In this document: in pieces, positions 43,557-54,870 of the stretch
Numbering within the stretch: position 1 is the stretch's first letter
Layout: each line of letters begins with the position of its first letter
From: Amoebidium appalachense
Taxonomy: Eukaryota; Protista; Ichthyosporea
Assembly (NCBI GenBank): GCA_963693365.1
Contig: CAVNZM010000004.1
Coordinates: 2,254,389 to 2,318,388, forward strand
DNA: 64,000 bases
Direction: 5' to 3'
Notes under the pieces: generated by a model
Databases searched by the model: none
What the model was told of the DNA's origin: nothing
Seen by the model: the letters and a program-made list of their open reading frames with translations, nothing else
Translations under genes and position numbers: made by a program

Positions 43557-44945
43557 AAGAGAGACGGACAGGCACACTGCTCCCCCAGCGACACACACTA
43601 GAAAACACACTTGTCTTGGTAGCATGCCTGGTGGCCCAATCATTATTCAGCGCAAGGCACGACAATCCCCGTATTGATGTCCACCATATCTACTCTTTTC
43701 AGTCCATTGTATGTATGAACAATCACTTTGACGCATCCATTCCTATTGTCGTGAAGCACATCAAAGTGCTATAGTTGTCTAACCCTTATCCCCCTTGAAC
43801 ACCCAATCAGATTGTCGATCGGCCGATCCACGTGTCGCAGATCAGCACAGCTGATGATCTGCGGCTGGTGATGGCAGCCAAGGACAAACACTTCAACATC
43901 ACTTGTGACGTCAATCCCCTCGTCCTCTTCCTCACCCCTCGCGACTGCTCGGATGAGAACAAGTAACCCCCCAACCCCTGCCAAGCACGCCCTGCTTGAT
44001 GCAAATTCACACTTTCATGAAAGGCATTTGGCACATTATGAACTAATCACTGTCGGCTGGGTGCCAATGTTGCCAACGGTCTTATCCCGCTGTTGCACCT
44101 CTGGGGATAGGAAATCTGTTGTCTTTTGTCTCTTGTGTAAACGCACCTTACAGTACTTGGGGATCAGTCATATCCGTGGATCCTTGAGAGTCCTGTGTGC
44201 AAGAGGTACCTGCAGCCTCAATCATTGGCCAGCACCTGTGTTCCCGTGGTGTGGTCAATACACTTGCTGCAAACAATTACCATTTTTTTCTCATGGGTTG
44301 ACCGTCTTTCTGCTTCTTAGAAGTTGCAATACTGTAAGAGTGATATATGCACCTTAGATATTTGGGGCACCTCTCTGTGGTGTTTTCGAGCAACACTTGT
44401 GTGCAAGAGATACCTGCAGCCTCAATCATTGGCCAGCCCCTTTGTTCCCGTGGTGTGGTCAATACACTTGCTGCAGACATTCATGTCTCATTGATCCGGT
44501 GCTTCGTCATTATTTTTTCCCAGTCCGTCCTCTAAACACGTCGTTTTCATGGATGCCCCGGAGTTTCAAATTTCTGTTATTGATGCATGTTACGTATGGT
44601 CATATGTCTGCATATGTCGACCAATAATATATAGCTATAAATATGGGTGTCTAATTGCATGTGCCGTGCAGGAGCATTATCGGCAACATGGTGGGGTCGT
44701 ACGACGATGTGGAGTTCCTGTGGCAGAACCTAGCCGCCATCGACTGCTTCAGTGTTGGGCCCCTGGCTGCCCAGCACACGGCTGTCTTCCAGGTGAGTCT
44801 GGTGCCCCATGTGGCATGCTCAAAGATAATTCGTGAGCGTTTTGAGCTGTGCCTCCCCTGTTGTCCTCCCTGCAAAACACATTATCATCATTGCATGTGC
44901 TAGTCTTGTCAGTGACACGATTTTTCTCCCTTTCTTTCTTTCTTT

Positions 44946-44977
<32 letters not shown>

Positions 44978-47068
44978 TGCACTTGTGTGTATTGGTTTTG
45001 ATGTTTTTGTTTTTGGGATGGAGTGTGTCTGCGCCTAACCCCTGCTTCCACGTGTATATATATCCACATGGTGCCTAATGATTTACAGGCGCTTTACGCT
45101 TCTACTTCAAGTGTGGTATGTGTACCATGTGCGTGGATATACACTTGTGTTCTATGGAGCATGCTGCACGTGCATACCTGCCAGCCCCCACACTGACCTA
45201 TGATGTTTCGAATCAGTCGGCCACCTCTCTGCTGCTGACGGCAGTCAACGAGGGCCGCCTGTCCCTGGACGAGCTCGTTGCCAAGGTAACACATTTATGC
45301 TGCCTTTGATTGGTCCCTGCAGCTGGCGCAACAAGTTGATTGGACAAATGGGATAACGTTGATACTTTATAGTGTTGTACACTTGGTGGTTGCTTGTGCT
45401 GGTTTGAACCGTCTTAAATCTTGTTTTGGGAATAAAAGGTAAGAGATTGCCGTGTCCAATGTGGAACGAACGTAAGTTCTTATGTACCTACGCTGGCCAC
45501 TGTACCTGCCAACCTCGGCCTTTCTCCTCCTCTTACACTCTTTGAAAGCCTTCGAAGGCCATATATTTCCTGAGCCTTCTCAATGGCTTTTATCACCCAC
45601 TCACCGCCCTCTCACCCCCAGTACTACCACAACCCACTGCGCATTCTTCACCTTGCACCGCAACCCGACACCCACGTCGAGGTCGATATGGACCGTGACT
45701 GGGCCCTTCCATCCACCAGCCCACTTGGTGCCCGCCAGATACACGGCTACGTGCGCCGTGTGCTCCTGCGTGGCCACACTGCCTATGTGGATGGCAAGAC
45801 GTGCTCTGGTGGCAGCGGCATCAATGTGCGTGCTGTGAGCGGTGCACCCATGCAGGCTGCCCCTGCCGCTGCACCACCTGCCCAGGCACCCACACAGACC
45901 CCGGCCATGCGCGCCGGTGGATTCCCTGCTGCTCTTATGGCCGACTCGGCTGCCACCCCACAATTGGCTGCTCGCACCCCTCATATGCCTGGTACGGCTC
46001 CCCTAGCCAGTCTCAAGTGTTGCTCGTGCAGAGGCACAAACTTGTGATGTTCCTAGCACACGCTCTCCATCTGCTGTCTCGCATTCACCCACCTTTGTAT
46101 TCTTCCTTCTCTCTCTGTGCCTGGACCTATGCACCCTTCTGCACGGAAAGTAGAGCAAGGGTGTGTGCCTTGTATTCAATATGTTTCAGCAATTACATGT
46201 TTCTAACATTGTCTCACACTTGCAGCTGCAGCCTACCCGGACCACCACCACGAGGCCTACCCTGCGCCATCACCCATGGTGGCTGCCCGCCAGTACCACG
46301 AGGTATTACACAAACAATTCCTTATAGTAGCAGTTGAATGCCCACAGATACACAAAGCATCTACACATGTTGATAGAATGTCATTGAACGAGCAGTAGAG
46401 AAGAAGCACTTACCACGCCGCCCTTTTTTGATTCTTCCTTCCTTTTAACACCACACATGTGCTCCACAGTGTAATCCACCTCCCTGAAAGCGACTCACAC
46501 ACTCTTTCCGCAGAGCCCAGCCATCCATGCCATCCAGCAGACACCCATCTACGCTGCCCCTGCCCTGCCCCCCACCACCCCTGCCCTTATGGCTGCAGCC
46601 CACGAGGGTGGCCTGCAGCACGTGCTGTCCGTCAAGCAGTTCGACCGCAAGCGCCTGCACCAGTATGCACCTCCCCTTTAACTCAAACCACCAGCTTACC
46701 ACCACACCATGCACGCACACAAACACACAGACAGACAAATACATCTCACCCCGTGCATGGAAGAAGTTACAGGTTGTCTAGTTATTTGATATCTGTGGCA
46801 CTGAGAACTGTGTGTGCTAGCTGAAAATTCTATATGTTTAGCAGCGCCCATGATGCTAGTGCCTTGATATGAATGGTCCTGATTCGTTTCATACCACTGT
46901 TGCTCTCGACTATTTTTCTGTTCGCTTGTTTGTTTCTTCCACCATGGCCCATGGGTGCTTACGGGGTGGAACAGGGTGTTCCAGGTGGCGTCAGAGATGA
47001 GTGCCATTGTCAACCGCATGGGCTCCATCAACCTGCTTGCCGGCAAGGTTCTCATTGCTGTCGTACGT

Positions 47069-47107
<39 letters not shown>

Positions 47108-49353
47108 GACACACACACACACACACATACATAGGGAGAGGAGAAATAGAGGAAGAGAAGGGGAGGACAAAGCTCCATACAAACACATACACACAACACG
47201 AGAAACTTTATTACTGATGCACAATCTCCATGCTATGAGAATAAGCAACAACCATTCCTTGTCCTTTCACCTTTCACACACACGTAATTGTTATCCTCTC
47301 CACCCCCCACTAACCATGCATGCAATCCACCCCAGTTCTACGAGGCATCGACACGCACAGCCACGTCGTTCCAGACGGCCATGCAACGGCTGGGTGGGCA
47401 GGTCATCTATGTGGACTCGAAGTCCTCCAGTGTGTCTAAGGGAGAGACACTCAAAGACACGAGTACGTGTGCCCCGCTGCCCGTTCTTGTTCGCCTGTGC
47501 TGATTCTGTCAGTTCACATGTGCTGTTCCCAAGTGTTTTGGGTCGTGTTCGTTGGCCCTGCGAGTATGGGGATGAAATGTTTGTGTTTGGTGCTAATGGA
47601 GGAGCATACCTGTGTACTGGTGCGGTATGATGAGGCAAAGGTGTGTGGTAGAGGAATGGTGAGGAAATGGTTGCCTGAAGGTCTGCTGTTGTTGCACTCT
47701 CTAGTGTGGTTGGGTTTATATTTGGGGGGTGCTATGTGTTTGTGTTTTGGTCTGCTGACTCGCTGCCCTGCAGTCCGCTGTCTTGACTGCTACGCTGACG
47801 TCATTGTCATCCGTCACCCCCAGGTTGGCAGGTCAGTGCCTGCCTTGACCCTCTAGCAGATAGTTTGGCCTAAGTGTGCCGGCACACACGCAAAACACAC
47901 ACGCACCAAGGCGCACACACACACGTGCACACAGTTGGGTGCGCACGCTCGTGTTGTGCACACACGTACGCACACACACACATGGCCTTGATATTTCGAT
48001 GTCCCCCTTCCCCCCCCCCCCCCCCCCTGTGCACATGGCTGATGTTGCATACTTGAATGTTTGCCTTTGCATGTGTCCTGCACCATGCTTCTCGTCGTGT
48101 ATGCGTACTTCGTACCGTTTTCCGCATTCAAACCCCCCCAGTCTTCTTTCAGAGGTGTCCTTTCAGGACAGACCACTGTGTGGAGACCGCTTTACTTCCA
48201 TGCAACCGGGCATGGTTGCTCTGTGTCGTGCATCTGTAAGCACATACGCATTTTTCGCTGCACTGCATTAGTTTGCACACACATCTGCACCGTTTTGCTC
48301 ACATTGCTTGCATAAGCAACCCTGCTCGTCTTTGATCAAGACGGGTTGACCCGCCCAAGTTCAGTTGATGCTGCTGTCTGAGTTGGAGCGTCGTATATAC
48401 GCGGGCTAAGGGGTCGAAACTCAGACGCAATTGATGACTTGGGTCCTCCCTGAGGATGGGCTCTGCTTATGACGCATACTGTGCACATGGCTGATGTTGC
48501 ATACTTGAATGTTTGCCTTTGCATGTGTCCTGCACCATGCTTCTCGTCGTGTATGCGTACTTCGTACCGTTTTCCGCATTCAAACCCCCCCCCAAACACA
48601 CACACACAAAAAAATGAATACATATCCCCATTCACAATGCCAATTGTGTTTACCATGCTCTTCAGCTTACACAGGGCCGCATTGTGCTTGCATGATTGAA
48701 AACCTAGTTCTGACGTGAGGGGTGTGATGCAGTGCCAAGGAGGCTGCCTCTGTGTCGTGTGTGCCCGTCATCAATGCCGGTGATGGCCCCGGAGAGCACC
48801 CCTCCCAGGTGAGTGCATGTGTGGGTGTGTAAAGGTCGTGTGTGCTGTGCATTGTCAGTGTGCATGGCCAGGTTGGTCACGTATTTCGGTGGTCTTGTGT
48901 TGGTGAACATGTCCGCAGTTTCAGCATCTTCATGAGCAGGGTGGAAGTGCTTGAATGAACAGGAAGAAGAAGCAGGGGATGAGGAGGAGGTTGGTGTGTG
49001 GGGGTGTGGCTGGGGGGGGGGGGGGGGGGGGGGGGGGGGCAATCAATACTAACATGATTCTTCCCCTGTACAGGCACTTCTCGATCTCTTCACTATCCGT
49101 GAGGAGCTGGGGACAATCAACAACCTGACGATCACGCTGCTGGGTGACCTCAAGTTTGGGCGCACCACGCACAGTCTGATCCAGCTGCTGCGCCATTACA
49201 ACGTCAGAGTCAACCTGGTCGCTGACAAGCGCCTGGCCATGCCCCAGTACATCGTCGTATGTTGACCCATCCTCCCCCCCCCCTCGGGGTGCCAAACACA
49301 TACATCTTCTTACCCTCCCTCTCCATGTTTCAAGTGAATGCGAGCTCCTGTTG

Positions 49354-49384
<31 letters not shown>

Positions 49385-49626
49385 TTCTCTTCCCATGTCA
49401 CCCCTGGGGATCACTGGTTGTTTTTTTTTGTTACGTTTTTTGGTCTTCGTTTGTCGCTTTGCTTTTGCAATCAGCACTCTTTTACTTTTTTTCCCCTTCC
49501 CCTACCCCGCCTCCCCTCACCCTAATCCATCGCAATCTGTGATGTGCTTGGTTGTGTTTGCCATGCCAACTCCCCACAGCCTCTTCAAAAGTTGGTTCCC
49601 GAATAGAATTTAAGACTCAGTCATTC

Positions 49627-49676
<50 letters not shown>

Positions 49677-49796
49677 ACACACACACACAGGACGAGGTGC
49701 GCAAGCAGGGCATGGTTGTGCACGAAACCGATGATTTGGAGTCCGTCCTGGCCGAGACCGATGTGCTCTACGTCACCCGTGTGCAAAAGTGAGTAG

Positions 49797-49833
<37 letters not shown>

Positions 49834-50592
49834 CAACAACAACTCGCCCACCCACCACCACCACCACCACCATCACCATTTTCCCCGATTATGAATCGAT
49901 TGCAGCCCATTGCTAGTTAATTGCAACACCACTCGACACCCATGGAACCTCTGGACTACACAAGTGTCATTGTGCCCTATCTGACATTTGCATGGCTACA
50001 GGGAGCGGTTCGAGTCTGAGGCAGAGTACGAGGCAGTCAAGGGGCGGTTCTGTGTGACCAGTGCCACCTTGCACCAGTGCAAGGAGCGCATGATCATCAT
50101 GCACCCCCTGCCCCGTGTCGATGAAATTGCCACCGAGGTACTTTGCCACCCCCCCCCCCCCCCTCCCCTCCACACACACACACACACACACACACACCGA
50201 GAGAGAGAGAGAGAGGAGGGGGGGATGCACAAAAAATTGCCCACCCAAAAACCACCCACCCACGTTTTGCACGCACACGTGCACGCAAACACACCGACCC
50301 TGTGCAATATCCGAGCTCCGAGTGCTCTACTTGTGACACTCGCCATACATTTTCGCACACAAAGCTTTTTATTCAGCTTTATTGGTCTCTTCCCTCTTCC
50401 CTTGGCATTCCTTTGGCACCTTCTGCATTTCCCCTATCCCACTGGGCAAGCAATCACATCACACTCTTCCCTCTGCTGACACACTCTCCCCCTCAGGTGG
50501 ATTATGACCCCCGTGCGGCCTACTTCCGACAGATGAAGTACGGTCTGTACGTGCGCATGGCCCTTCTGGCCACCATCCTGCACAAGGCCTGA
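23335..50592 (+). CDS. CAD: CAD/URA2-like multifunctional pyrimidine biosynthesis protein (GATase-CPSase-inactive DHOase-like-ATCase), about 47 exons
   Basis: Exons join in frame: [15 protein letters not shown]...[10 protein letters not shown]; GATase PIFG/ICLGHQ and FHPE; CPSase [49 protein letters not shown]; MGS domain [19 protein letters not shown]; ATCase [47 protein letters not shown]. Stop TGA at 50590-50592. Confidence 0.97.
30741..30825 (+). repeat. Dispersed intronic repeat, subtype A, 5'-truncated
   Basis: Near-identical to the 3' part of 12611-12714; starts about 10 nt after a CAD donor site. Confidence 0.85.
32219..32359 (+). ncRNA. Box H/ACA snoRNA family 1 (SNORA8/snR31-like), copy 1
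   Basis: Hairpin GCAUG..CAUGC, H box AGAGCA, second hairpin, then ACA+3 nt. Pockets are complementary to 18S rRNA. Confidence 0.88.
32503..32643 (+). ncRNA. H/ACA snoRNA family 1, copy 2
   Basis: Near-identical to copy 1, in the same intron. Confidence 0.88.
32815..32955 (+). ncRNA. H/ACA snoRNA family 1, copy 3
   Basis: Near-identical, with one mismatch in the upper stem of hairpin 1. Confidence 0.85.
34288..34428 (+). ncRNA. H/ACA snoRNA family 1, copy 4
   Basis: Near-identical; a U>C change converts a G-U pair to G-C. Confidence 0.88.
34971..35111 (+). ncRNA. H/ACA snoRNA family 1, copy 5
   Basis: Near-identical, boxes intact. Confidence 0.88.
35919..36059 (+). ncRNA. H/ACA snoRNA family 1, copy 6
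   Basis: Near-identical; C>A in the second guide (GAAUAGUU). Confidence 0.85.
36210..36350 (+). ncRNA. H/ACA snoRNA family 1, copy 7 (ACA box reads AAA)
   Basis: Near-identical, with a variant terminal box. Confidence 0.78.
36524..36664 (+). ncRNA. H/ACA snoRNA family 1, copy 8
   Basis: Near-identical; changes are in the apical loop plus a structure-compatible stem change. Confidence 0.85.
42720..42855 (+). ncRNA. H/ACA snoRNA family 2, copy 1
   Basis: GCAC..GUGC hairpin with CUUGGGGAUC/GAUCCCUGAG upper stem, hinge AGAGGUA, UGCAGC..GCUGCA hairpin, terminal AUA+3. Confidence 0.75.
42983..43117 (+). ncRNA. H/ACA snoRNA family 2, copy 2
   Basis: Same fold, terminal ACAUUU. Confidence 0.78.
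44143..44278 (+). ncRNA. H/ACA snoRNA family 2, copy 3
   Basis: Same fold, terminal ACAAUU; a C>U change keeps a G-U pair. Confidence 0.78.
44349..44482 (+). ncRNA. H/ACA snoRNA family 2, copy 4 with a replaced 5' hairpin
   Basis: The 3' half matches the other copies and ends ACAUUC. The 5' hairpin differs but still folds (GGGCACC/GGUGUUU). Confidence 0.7.
48027..48582 (+). mobile_element. Two direct copies of the subtype B repeat (48027-48130 truncated, 48451-48582) flanking about 320 bp that includes a hairpin; possible miniature retroelement
   Basis: Direct repeats are visible; internal stems CCCAAGT/ACTTGGG and GTCTGAGTT/AACTCAGAC at about 48354-48444. Confidence 0.45.
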
Positions 50593-52093
50593 TCACGTGT
50601 TATGCACGTGACTGTCCCGTAGTTGTCATGTAGATGCCTGCCGTGTTTTTACAGTATTACTACACACAGAACTTTGCTTTTCTCTTGTTTTTAAGGATTC
50701 TTCTATAACGTTTCTGTGGCACACCCATGTCGGGATGTGGTATGGGCAGGCAGGGCCGCCCACAGGTTCTATATGGATTGGGGTTAAGGTTCCTTCTAGA
50801 TGTGTAGAATAGAAAGGTGTAAGAAAGAGGAAGCAAACTATGCTAGTCATGTTTAGATGCTTGCAAATGTTTGATAAAATTTTGAAATCAAGGACTGGTG
50901 GCAGAGCTGAAAATCTAGTCTGCACAAACCTACGTCGACCTGTTAGCTTGAAGGTCACCTGACTGAGTGATCATTGTTGGACGCTTGTGTACTATTTGAA
51001 TTTCGAATTTGTTAGTCACATCACCTTAGTCTTCGTTTTTATTATATCCAGTAATGCTGTGGTTGTGTTTATCGACATATCAGTTTTGGCGGCTGCTGAA
51101 TAAAGTGTGAGTAGGTGTTGGCTGGTCTATAGTAGCTACTTGGTCTAGCTATAGGCCGAACCTACTGTCAAGGAAAAACTGTTCCGTCCTTCGATATGAA
51201 TAAAGGTTGGTTCCAATGTATGATACAGGGGTAGGCCGACTATAAGATTACGTGAATGTGACGTGTGTGTGTTGCGGTATTATGTGGTCTATCAAACTAC
51301 ATTTGGTGATACATGACCGTTCAAACTGGTGTGTGTGTGTGTTGTTTGGGCATGCAAACGATGCCACCTTGTACTTATTAGATCTCCACTGTATAGCACG
51401 TGTACATTAAAAGCGTGGTATGTGATCAATAATACCATCAGGTAGAGAAAGACCAATTCTACAGGAAGGTAATATGTATTTAGGTGTTACACATTTGCGA
51501 GTGCCATATTTGGCAATATGGTTAAGGCGGTCATTATATATAAAACGAGACATAAGGCTTAGCTTTTCAAGGTGTATGCTTTCACCGGGTCTGGTGTCGT
51601 ATGGTATCTTTTTCCATTTGTTATATTGCCTGAATCATCTTGTGATTGTGTACATGTCTGATAAGTACAAAGTCACACGCACACATACATCTATGCATAT
51701 GAGCGAGCGGTTCGCATGTTCAGGATCCGGACGCTACAGATAGCGTCCGCGGATAAGAACCCCCGCCAATAAGATTTCGCCCCCGGCAAAATCGTTTTTT
51801 TTTTTAGATTGGCCAGTTTTCGGGGTGATCTTATTGGTGGACGGATCAATAAATCATGCTGGATCATGCATGATTTTGCCCGACAAAAATGGCGGGAAAC
51901 TGTCCACATGTGTGTACTTTACACGAAGTTTTCACTCCTGACTCCGTCCACTCTTTTCCCACATGGTTCTGTACCTACCGTAGTTCAATCTTTACCAGCT
52001 AGAGGGGGTTGATGTTGCAAGGGTGCCTTGATAACTAACAAATTATTACGTAGGCGGCTAGAGGGCCAAAAGTAGCCGCTAAGATGGTTAAGC

Positions 52094-52670
52094 GTGGGGG
52101 CTCAGCGGCCACTACTAGGGCCTTTGTCAGGCCGAAACACAATGCGAACTACCGAGCTTGCCAACTTGTCACAAAAAAAATTTGGTGAGGCAGCTAAGGT
52201 TCAAAGTAGGTTCGTGGAGATAACCAGCGAAGTTGCACAAGCAAGTGTAGAGGCAACAGCAATAATCACTGGCAGCCAGGACACCTCAGACATGAATGAA
52301 GATCACTCTAGTAAGCTGCCCAAACCTTTGCCGGGGCAAAAGTCCATGCTGAGGAGGAGGAGGCCAGTGATGAGGAGGAGGAACTGCCCTGGTGTGTGCC
52401 GAAAGGGTTTGAGGTTGTTGTGTCGTGCCCCCGTTTGGGGAGCAATATGCATGGGGCGGTTGTGTTAAGGAGGTTCCGTGTGGTGGGGTGGATGTAGGGG
52501 CAGGTTTTGGATAGGGCTACCAAATTGAGGGGCCGAAATTTTAGGGTTGAATATGAAAATGGTGAGACTCTCGAAGAGGCCCTTCTAGACCATAACTATG
52601 AGCCGGATGGTGCAAATGCTGGGGTTGGTCGGTTCAACATCTGGTGCATGCTCCGCAAAAGGGATTAGTA
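52094..52670 (+). pseudogene. Disrupted coding relic (acidic tract plus small Tudor/SH3-like domain), possibly transposon-derived
   Basis: After a frameshift it reads EEEEASDEEEELPWCVPKGFEVV...RRFRVVGWM*GQVLDRATKLRGRNFRVEYENGETLEEALLDHNY...WCMLRKRD*, with one internal stop. Confidence 0.45.
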
Positions 52671-52983
52671 GTAACACGCACACACCAAAAACACACTTTC
52701 TGGCCGCATCGCATAAACAAACTCAACTTTAGTAGTAGTACTTTGGTGCCTGGGGGTATCATTTAAATGTGGAACTATGTATCACAGTGTTTATGTAACA
52801 TCATCATATTAGAATAAAAAAAAAAGTTTTTTCATACAATGATGACATGTTTGCCTTATGGTACGTCCCAACTCAAAGTGTTAATACATATGCATATGCA
52901 TGACATTGTGTCAGTGTCATATATGCATGTACCGACTGCTCATTCCTGGGTACATATGTACTGCACTGTGGTATTGCCCCCCC

Positions 52984-53039
<56 letters not shown>

Positions 53040-53210
53040 CCCCTCGCTCCGACGCGCCCCCAACTATTAGCACAATAATAAACACTACGTACACTGAATC
53101 GCCATTGACTTTCAAATACCCCTGTAGCTGCACGGTGTTGCAAGCTTGTGGCCGTACGTAGCATGCTACGCAACCGTAGGCCTGTTTATCTAGAAGGCCT
53201 TGCCCGCAAA

Positions 53211-53241
<31 letters not shown>

Positions 53242-53447
53242 CCCCTCCCCGGTCCACCCCGGCGGCCCGGGGTTCCCCCGGTCACAGGGAATTTTTGCAC
53301 CGGGGAATTTTTGCACTGACACTGGTACCATGATTCAGGGAATTTTTGCACCGGTCCTCCCCCCCCCCCCCCCTCCCCCCCCCTCCCCCCTCCCCCCCCC
53401 TCCCCCCCCCCCCCCCTCGCCCCCTCGCCCCCAACAAACCGTTCACA

Positions 53448-53510
<63 letters not shown>

Positions 53511-54562
53511 ACACGTGTACATAAAACACCACTGCTGATTTACATCATAGACTCATTCATTCATAGTATCCGATTATCGTACCTTATCTCATCCCAGGAC
53601 GGTCGGAATATCCACATGTACATGTTCAGCCAATATCGACACCATCTATCAGTGGTTGGTCAGATACACATCAAGGGAATTCCCTTGATCTGTATTTGAG
53701 TATCAGAGTGTGTGTGTGTGTGTCACGGTGTATCTGTGTGTGTGTGTCCTCCATGTGATTCCTTCCATGTTATTCCGTTCGAGTGGTCCCTCCGATCTTT
53801 CACCAGAGGTAGTGATTCACACTTCTTGAGATGCCGGGCATCACTGAGGCAATGAATTACGTAAACACACGACGTCTCTAAACGACTCAGTGTTGGAGCA
53901 CCGTACGGTACTTATGTGAAATTGCGCAAGAGGATTGCCATTGATCTGTGCTAGCTAGATTCTGTTTTTTTGTTTTTTTTCTCGACGGTCTACCTCGTTG
54001 TGCTAAAATAAATGGCATCTACACAAAGTTTCTCTGAAATCTTGAGATCGAACTAACCTCGGCACCCACAAAACTGGATCCAGGCATGTTTCCAATCTGA
54101 TCGTATCTACATAGCCGAGACTGCCGCCCTACCCAGGGGCAGCCGCTTCCTGACCAACCATTTTGATTGGCCAGTACGCGCGACTAACTACAGGGCGCGA
54201 CTCCCGTAGTCCGTCCGACAACATACACAACCATGTTTACAGATGGTACCGTTGTCGGAGATGTGAGGTGTGAGTAGGTGGGACACTTGGGCCAAGTACA
54301 CGGTTCAGGTGCATCTTTAATAATGCAGTCGTATGAGGCCTTTGCTGTGGTTCCACTCCCTCTCGTACTCAGACTGTGACCGTGCGGTACTCGATCTCCA
54401 TCTGTCTGGGAGTGTGGGCGCACTGGGTATTTATACCTCTCGTGCAACCAGAATTAGGCACTTGTATGATAGATCCACACACTAGTAAGCGGCCCGGCAC
54501 TACGTGCGGGTCCGTCTTACAGCTTACTCCCTCCGTTTGCGCATTATGAATTATTAAGACTT

Positions 54563-54605
54563 CCTCTCTCTCTCTCTTTCTTTCTTTCCCCCCCCCCTCC
54601 CCCCC

Positions 54606-54699
<94 letters not shown>

Positions 54700-54743
54700 C
54701 TCTCTGTCTGTCTGTCTGTCTGTCTCTGTCTCTTTCTGTTTCT

Positions 54744-54832
<89 letters not shown>

Positions 54833-54870
54833 CTCCCCCCCCCCCCCCCCCCCCTCTCTCTCTTTCTCTA
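54563..54870. repeat. (CT)n/poly-C compound microsatellite
   Basis: Directly visible. Confidence 0.95.

Noticed and set aside
48405-48470. Hammerhead ribozyme (GAAAC...GUC...CUGAGGA)
   Set aside because: Stem I cannot form (4 nt), stem II is poor, and other repeat copies lack GAAA.
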